Positions 29,250 through 34,073 of a DNA stretch of 34,073 nt are shown here, piece after piece. Origin of the DNA: Bdellovibrio sp. (GTDB taxonomy: Bacteria > Bdellovibrionota > Bdellovibrionia > Bdellovibrionales > Bdellovibrionaceae); assembly GCA_046318155.1 (NCBI GenBank), contig JBKCUU010000094.1:1-34073 (forward strand), read 5' to 3'. The translations under genes and the position numbers were made by a program. Under the pieces are notes generated by a model. That model had not been told where the DNA came from, did no database searches, and saw only the letters and a list, made by a program, of their open reading frames with translations. Every line of letters starts with the position of its first letter. The first letter of the stretch is position 1.

Positions 29250-31321
29250 AAACCCCTGTGATCCTTCGAATCTTCAAAAACGGGCAGCTTGCCGAGGTCA
29301 AACAATTTGACTTGGATCAGATTATCATTGGGCACAGTGCTGATGTGCAAGTTGAGCTGAAAGATGAGGCCGTTGCACCCATTCACTGCTTGATCGAACT
29401 GCGTGATTCGGGTTACTACGTTTGCGATCTGGGTTCACAATCCGGCACTTATAAAAACGGCAAGCAGGTCCTCGATGAGCCTTTGTCTTCGGGTGAAGCT
29501 ATCGTTATCGGCCCATTTTCAGTTCAATTTTTTATCGGCATTCCAAAACCAAAAGCTCCGCCTTCGATGACGGTTGCGGCTGCAATATCCGCGGCTGTTC
29601 CCGGGGGCTCTGCAAAAGCGGCGGCTCCGGCAAGAGCCGTGGTTCCGGCAAGAGCCGTGGTTCCACCGCTTGCACCCGGTGCACCGCCTCAGCCTAAACT
29701 TCCTGATCAGCCCGATCGCCGCGCTGGGCACCGTTCGACGGGTTCTCCGATGCCACGTAAAAAGCACAAAGGATCAAAAACATTTGCTCCGGCGAGCGAA
29801 GTGACTGATTTGCGTGAGTACCTCAAGCCGACCAAGGGCACGCACATCGAAGTGATCGTGGCTTGGCAGGAGCGGATCCTCGAGACTTATCACTTTTCGC
29901 CGACGAAAAAAGTGATCAAGGCGGGACCTTCTCGCAGTTTGGATGTTTTTGTCCCGATTGTGTTTATGGGTGCCGCTGTTCCTTTGGTTCATTTGAATCA
30001 AGGCCAAGCACAAATCATGGCGGGCAGCAATGCCGTTGTCGAAACGATCACATCGGTTCAATCGTTTTCAATCGATGACCTCATTCGTTCTGGAAAAGCG
30101 AAGAAGTCAAGTGCCGGGCATTCGGTTCGTATGGACCAGGGTGATCTTGTTTGTCTGTCTTATGGCGATGGGACTTTGCAAATCTTTATTCGCTTTGTGC
30201 CAGCAGCTCCAGTCCCTGCTTTGACGGGCCTTTTGGATCTGACCGGGAGTGAGCTCACGGGCATGATCGTTTCGGTTGTCTTAGTTTCTCTGCTCGCTCT
30301 TTACATGAGCGTGTATTCGCCGCCAAACAAAGAGGACGAGAAGCCCGAAGATCAAGTTCGCTTAGCGCAATTCGTTTATAACAAACCAGTGGCAACGCCA
30401 ACACCGGAGCCGACGCCTGAACCCGTTCAGACGCCGCCGCCTCAAGTGGTCAAGGCGCCGACGCCAGCTCCTACGCCCGAGCCAAAAAAGGTACAGGTCA
30501 CGGATAAGCAACAAGACCAGAAAAAACTTGGCAAGAAAGAATCGGTCTCAGCAACCACAGAACGACCTGCAGCGGTCGCGGCTGAAGTTCGTCCGAAACC
30601 TTCAAAACTTGACCGTCCAAAAAAATTCACGTCGACCAAGCAAGGCGGCGCGGTCAAAGTGGGCGAGACAGCTGGGGCGAATGCGCAGTCGGCAAATGAT
30701 GTGACCAAAACAGGCTTGCTCAGCGCCTTTGGTAGCGGTGGCAACCGGACCAAACTGGATCAGGCGTATTCGGGCTCGGGCGAACTCTTAGGCATGGCCG
30801 ATAAAGCAACTGGAACTTCGGGCCAAAATGAAAACCGCGCAGGCGATGACATTGGATCCAAATTTAAGGATTCCGGAGCGGGCGGCAAAGGGACAGCCAC
30901 TCAAGGCATCGCGGGCGTCGGAACCAAAGGGAAGAGCTCGGGACAAAATGCGTACGGAGCTGTTGGCTTTGGCGGCAAAGGAAACGTGGCCATCGAAGCG
31001 GGCGGCAGTGAGGCCGAATTCGTCGGAACCATTGATAAAGAAGCCGTTCGCCGCGTGATCAGATCGATCTTGTCCCAGATCAAATCTTGCTATGAGCGCC
31101 AGCTTCGCAGCAATTCGAGTCTTGAAGGTAAAGTTGTCATTCAGTTTGAAATCGAAGAGCAAGGGCGCGTTCGTATTGCGAAGACGAAAACGACTTCACT
31201 CAGTGATCAGGCCGTAGAGTCGTGCGTTGCCACTCGTATTAAGGAGCAGCGGTTTCCAGAGCCACCTCCTGGTACGATTGCGGTCGTCGACTACCCATTT
31301 GTTTTTGGTGCACAAAGGTAA
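29246..31321 (+). CDS. gltG: GltG/PglI-like protein: FHA, TM helix, Pro/Gly-rich linker, TonB-C-like domain
   Basis: N-terminal FHA (IHCLIE..DLGSQSGTYKNG); TM GMIVSVVLVSLLALYM; PTPEP repeats; IKSCYERQL..LEGKV..VESCV..RFPEP..VDYPFVF. Confidence 0.82.
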   Translation: MKTPVILRIFKNGQLAEVKQFDLDQIIIGHSADVQVELKDEAVAPIHCLIELRDSGYYVCDLGSQSGTYKNGKQVLDEPLSSGEAIVIGPFSVQFFIGIPKPKAPPSMTVAAAISAAVPGGSAKAAAPARAVVPARAVVPPLAPGAPPQPKLPDQPDRRAGHRSTGSPMPRKKHKGSKTFAPASEVTDLREYLKPTKGTHIEVIVAWQERILETYHFSPTKKVIKAGPSRSLDVFVPIVFMGAAVPLVHLNQGQAQIMAGSNAVVETITSVQSFSIDDLIRSGKAKKSSAGHSVRMDQGDLVCLSYGDGTLQIFIRFVPAAPVPALTGLLDLTGSELTGMIVSVVLVSLLALYMSVYSPPNKEDEKPEDQVRLAQFVYNKPVATPTPEPTPEPVQTPPPQVVKAPTPAPTPEPKKVQVTDKQQDQKKLGKKESVSATTERPAAVAAEVRPKPSKLDRPKKFTSTKQGGAVKVGETAGANAQSANDVTKTGLLSAFGSGGNRTKLDQAYSGSGELLGMADKATGTSGQNENRAGDDIGSKFKDSGAGGKGTATQGIAGVGTKGKSSGQNAYGAVGFGGKGNVAIEAGGSEAEFVGTIDKEAVRRVIRSILSQIKSCYERQLRSNSSLEGKVVIQFEIEEQGRVRIAKTKTTSLSDQAVESCVATRIKEQRFPEPPPGTIAVVDYPFVFGAQR
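29626..29664 (+). repeat. Perfect 18-bp in-frame tandem duplication (PARAVV twice)
   Basis: TCCGGCAAGAGCCGTGGT at 29626-29643 and 29644-29661. Confidence 0.9.
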
Positions 31322-31339
31322 TTTAAGGAGGAGCGAAAC

Positions 31340-31996
31340 GTGGACAATAGTGTAGAAATGCCATTCTTGCAGAGGGCTTTTATCGAGGGCGGCCCAGTGA
31401 TGTACATCATTTTGTTCATCGCTATCGTCACCATTCTTTTGATCATCGAGCGCTTGCTCGCACTTAAGAATTTGACGGTCGATAAAAAAGAATTCACCGA
31501 CCAATTGTTCGGTATGGTTCTAAGAGGTGATGTTCGTCAAGGGATCGCGTTTTGCGATGCTCGGCCTACGCCACTTTCAAACACGGTTAAAGCAGGTCTT
31601 GTTCAGGCGATGAACAAACGTCCTGATGAAGAAATCCAAGTCGCCATGGACGCCGCCGTCTTGCGCGAAAATCCTCGCCTCGAGGGCTGGACATCGATGC
31701 TCGCAGTCACGGGTAACGTGGCCGTACTTGCGGGTCTCCTTGGAACCATCGTCGGTATGATTCAGTCCTTCCGAGCGGTTTCTGCAGCTGATCCTGCGCA
31801 AAAGGCGGAAGAGCTCTCGAAAGGGATCTCGCACGCCTTGAATTGTACGGCCTTTGGACTCTTGGTTGCGATCGTTTCAATCGTTGCTTACGGGTACTTC
31901 CAGCTCCGTATTCAGCGCGCAGAAAACGAAGTGATCGAGTCTTCAATGAATCTTTTGAATTTGGTCGCTTCAAACCGCGATAAAATTAAAGAGTAG
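31340..31996 (+). CDS. aglR: MotA/TolQ/ExbB-family proton channel, AglR-like
   Basis: GGPVMY..IIER, GLLGTIVGMIQSF, GISHALNCTAFGLLVAI. AAGGAGG RBS before GTG. Confidence 0.85.
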   Translation: MDNSVEMPFLQRAFIEGGPVMYIILFIAIVTILLIIERLLALKNLTVDKKEFTDQLFGMVLRGDVRQGIAFCDARPTPLSNTVKAGLVQAMNKRPDEEIQVAMDAAVLRENPRLEGWTSMLAVTGNVAVLAGLLGTIVGMIQSFRAVSAADPAQKAEELSKGISHALNCTAFGLLVAIVSIVAYGYFQLRIQRAENEVIESSMNLLNLVASNRDKIKE

Positions 31997-32005
31997 GTAG
32001 CTAAG

Positions 32006-32479
32006 ATGTCTGAAGTTCAAGAGTCCGGTGGCGGTCGTAAGAAGAATTTTGAACCAAACTTGGTTCCGTTCATCGATTTGATGAGCGTGTTGATTACATT
32101 TCTTCTGATCACGGCTGTTTGGACTCAGGTTTCGATGATCCAAATTGGAACTTCGATTTACGGCAAAAAAACTGAGAGTTCGCCTCCTCCTCCGGTTCCT
32201 CAGCAGGCCGAGGTCGTTTTAAAATTGGACATCCGCGCCACTTCGTACATTTTGACTGTGGCCAAGCAGGTCATCAATATTCCCATGCAAAATGGTGAGT
32301 ACGATGATGTCGGTTTGGTTGCTCAACTACAAAAAGCCAAACAATTGTACCCAGCAAAGAATGACGGCGCGATTGCGATGTCAGACGAGCTTCCCTATGA
32401 GCGTTTGATTCGCGGTATGGATGCCTTTTTGGAATCTGGATTTCCGCAAATTTCTGTCCTTACAGGGGGGCCGAACTAA
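32006..32479 (+). CDS. aglQ: ExbD/TolR-family subunit, AglQ-like
   Basis: NLVPFIDLMSVLITFLL with the conserved TM Asp; LPYERLIRGMD. Confidence 0.8.
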   Translation: MSEVQESGGGRKKNFEPNLVPFIDLMSVLITFLLITAVWTQVSMIQIGTSIYGKKTESSPPPPVPQQAEVVLKLDIRATSYILTVAKQVINIPMQNGEYDDVGLVAQLQKAKQLYPAKNDGAIAMSDELPYERLIRGMDAFLESGFPQISVLTGGPN

Positions 32480-33063
32480 TGCCCATACATACCCCCGGTC
32501 AGCGCCACCGATACAGCCGACTTCTCTCTGGAAAGAGCACAAAGCGTGATGTGACGGCCATCCTGTCGCTGACCGCGATGGTTGATATGTTTACCGTTCT
32601 CGTCGTGTTTCTGTTGCAGAACTACAATACGACCGGCGAGGTGCTTTACATTCCGAAAGAAGTGACGCTTCCAAAAGCGGGACAAATCAAGGAATTGAAG
32701 CCCTCAGTCGTCGTCACGATTTCAAATAAAGAAATCTTGCTCGATAAGACCGTGATCATCTCTTATGACGCGATCAAGGCGCAATCCGAATGGATGATTC
32801 AGCCCCTCATGGTTCAAGTTCAAGAGGCCCTTAAAAAAGCCAAAGAAAAGCAAGAGGCCAAGCTGCAAAGCCGCCTGCGTGAGGCCATGGACGGGACTCA
32901 GAATGTAAACTCTGAGGAACTCAATGGTTGGAATAAAGTCACGGTGCAGGCCGACAAAGGAATGGATTTCCTGACGGTGAAGAAAGTCATGTATACAGTG
33001 ACTGAAGCCGGAGCGGGAGAAATCAACTTTGCGGTTACCAAGCAGCCCACCGAAAAAGAGTAA
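32479..33063 (+). CDS. aglS: Second ExbD/TolR-family subunit, AglS-like
   Basis: SLTAMVDMFTVLVVFLL; VQADKGMDFLTVKKVMYTVTEAGAGEINFAV. TAATG overlap with the upstream gene. Confidence 0.82.
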   Translation: MPIHTPGQRHRYSRLLSGKSTKRDVTAILSLTAMVDMFTVLVVFLLQNYNTTGEVLYIPKEVTLPKAGQIKELKPSVVVTISNKEILLDKTVIISYDAIKAQSEWMIQPLMVQVQEALKKAKEKQEAKLQSRLREAMDGTQNVNSEELNGWNKVTVQADKGMDFLTVKKVMYTVTEAGAGEINFAVTKQPTEKE

Positions 33064-33120
33064 TTTCCTCAAAGCTTGTTCCCATTACAAGCGGCCAGCT
33101 GCCATCGCAGGAGCTGATCT

Positions 33121-34073
33121 ATGATTCGGAAGTACCGCGGCGCGATTTTTCTTGGCCTGCTGACACTCTTGTTTCTTGAAATTTGGCTCGGCTTTCCGAT
33201 TAAACTCGAAAATTTCGAATCGCCTGTCACCATGGATTCAGCAATGGTCACCAAAGATGAAGTGCAGCAAAAGATGAAGGGCGTCCATCTGGTTGAGAGT
33301 AGCAAAGGCACTCGCGACTGGGAGCTCTTTGCCGACGCCGCCGAAGGTTTTGAAGGCAAAGGAAAGTGGCAAATCCAAAAGGTGAAAATCCTTTTCTACT
33401 CCGAAAACAAAGTACAGTTCACGGTGACCGGGAAGGCTGCTGAGATCGACACCAAAACCAAAGACATGAAAATTGAAGGCGCTGTGCGTACGGTCGCCGA
33501 AAATGGCTATCAATTTGAATCCGAGATTTTACTGTATAAGGCGGGTCCACGCATTTTGGAAAGCCCAGGCTCTGTGCGCATGGTGGGCCCGAGCGATGCC
33601 CAAGGACCAGGTATGGTGGTCATGGCGAACTCGATGCGGGGCCTGGTCGATAAGTCCGAAGTCACTCTCGAGGGCAATGTGACCGCACGCAAACAGTTTA
33701 AGACGGGTCGTCAGTTTGGGGTTCGTTCGCAGTTTGCGCAGTTCAGTGGGCTGCACTACCAGGCGCGTTTTCGCGACCAGGTGATGATTGAATACGGCGC
33801 CATGAAGCTTGAAAGTCCCGAGGCCGCTTTTCAATACAAGACCACTTCGAGTTTGCTTGAATTCGTGCAACTCAAGGGCGGCGTCAAGATCAATGATGCG
33901 GACAAATACGCCACGGCCGATCAGGTTCGGATCGAGCCTGAGACCAACCGCATTGTTCTGAATGGGAAGCCCCGAGTCGTGCAAGGCCAGGATGAGCTGA
34001 TGGGCGAGCAGATTGTCTTTATCGACGGTGGAAAGAAAGTTAAGATTGAGAAGATTCGGGCCCGGGTCGAAAA
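33121..34073 (+). CDS. lptC: LptC-like LPS export protein with an added C-terminal LptA/OstA-like jellyroll, 3'-truncated by the window
   Basis: Absent from the ORF track because it has no stop in the window. Manual translation from ATG 33121 is open for 317 codons: MIRKYRGAIFLGLLTLLFLEIW...WELFADAA...IEGAVRT...IVLNGKPRVVQGQDELMGEQIVF. Confidence 0.8.
   Translation, partial: MIRKYRGAIFLGLLTLLFLEIWLGFPIKLENFESPVTMDSAMVTKDEVQQKMKGVHLVESSKGTRDWELFADAAEGFEGKGKWQIQKVKILFYSENKVQFTVTGKAAEIDTKTKDMKIEGAVRTVAENGYQFESEILLYKAGPRILESPGSVRMVGPSDAQGPGMVVMANSMRGLVDKSEVTLEGNVTARKQFKTGRQFGVRSQFAQFSGLHYQARFRDQVMIEYGAMKLESPEAAFQYKTTSSLLEFVQLKGGVKINDADKYATADQVRIEPETNRIVLNGKPRVVQGQDELMGEQIVFIDGGKKVKIEKIRARVE

Noticed and set aside
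31340..33063. Canonical Tol-Pal or TonB-ExbBD uptake system
   Set aside because: No tolB, pal or TonB-dependent receptor; two ExbD paralogues with FHA-TonB-C, TPR and small barrel genes match Agl-Glt architecture.
33069..33984. Short ORFs listed at the right end
   Set aside because: They are antisense or out-of-frame shadows of the open lptC-like frame starting at 33121.

Overview
About 34 kb of chromosome from a Bdellovibrio-like predatory bacterium (inferred from gene content and order; roughly 50% GC). Left part (1-16.5 kb): a Cys-repeat protein cut by the window edge, a DsbA-family lipoprotein, a secreted hypothetical, an SLT lytic transglycosylase, a probable FliA-driven operon (hypothetical, cupredoxin-like protein, orphan CpaF/TadA ATPase), an output-less sensor/coiled-coil protein, eno, an ftsB-like gene, an XRE HTH, polA, a repeat island, a probable sigma54-driven 3D-domain protein with a coupled partner, a lipoprotein, a long FliL-like protein and an FHA-sigma54 activator. 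Right part (16.8-34 kb): one co-directional run of engB, kdsB, pyrG, kdsD and kdsC, then a ten-gene Agl-Glt-type envelope motor cluster (two beta-barrels, gltC/D/E/F/G, aglR/Q/S), then an apparent LptC-LptA fusion that runs off the window and is missing from the ORF track. Non-coding highlights: about 11 copies of a GCGCCCC-TTY-GGGGCG mini-palindrome, four of them inside reading frames; a triplicated eno 3' end; a 127-bp rod-like inverted repeat; a 38-bp loop-less palindrome; and three perfect tandem duplications. No CRISPR, tRNA, rRNA, transposase or integrase was found. All family calls come from reading motifs by eye; no searches were run.
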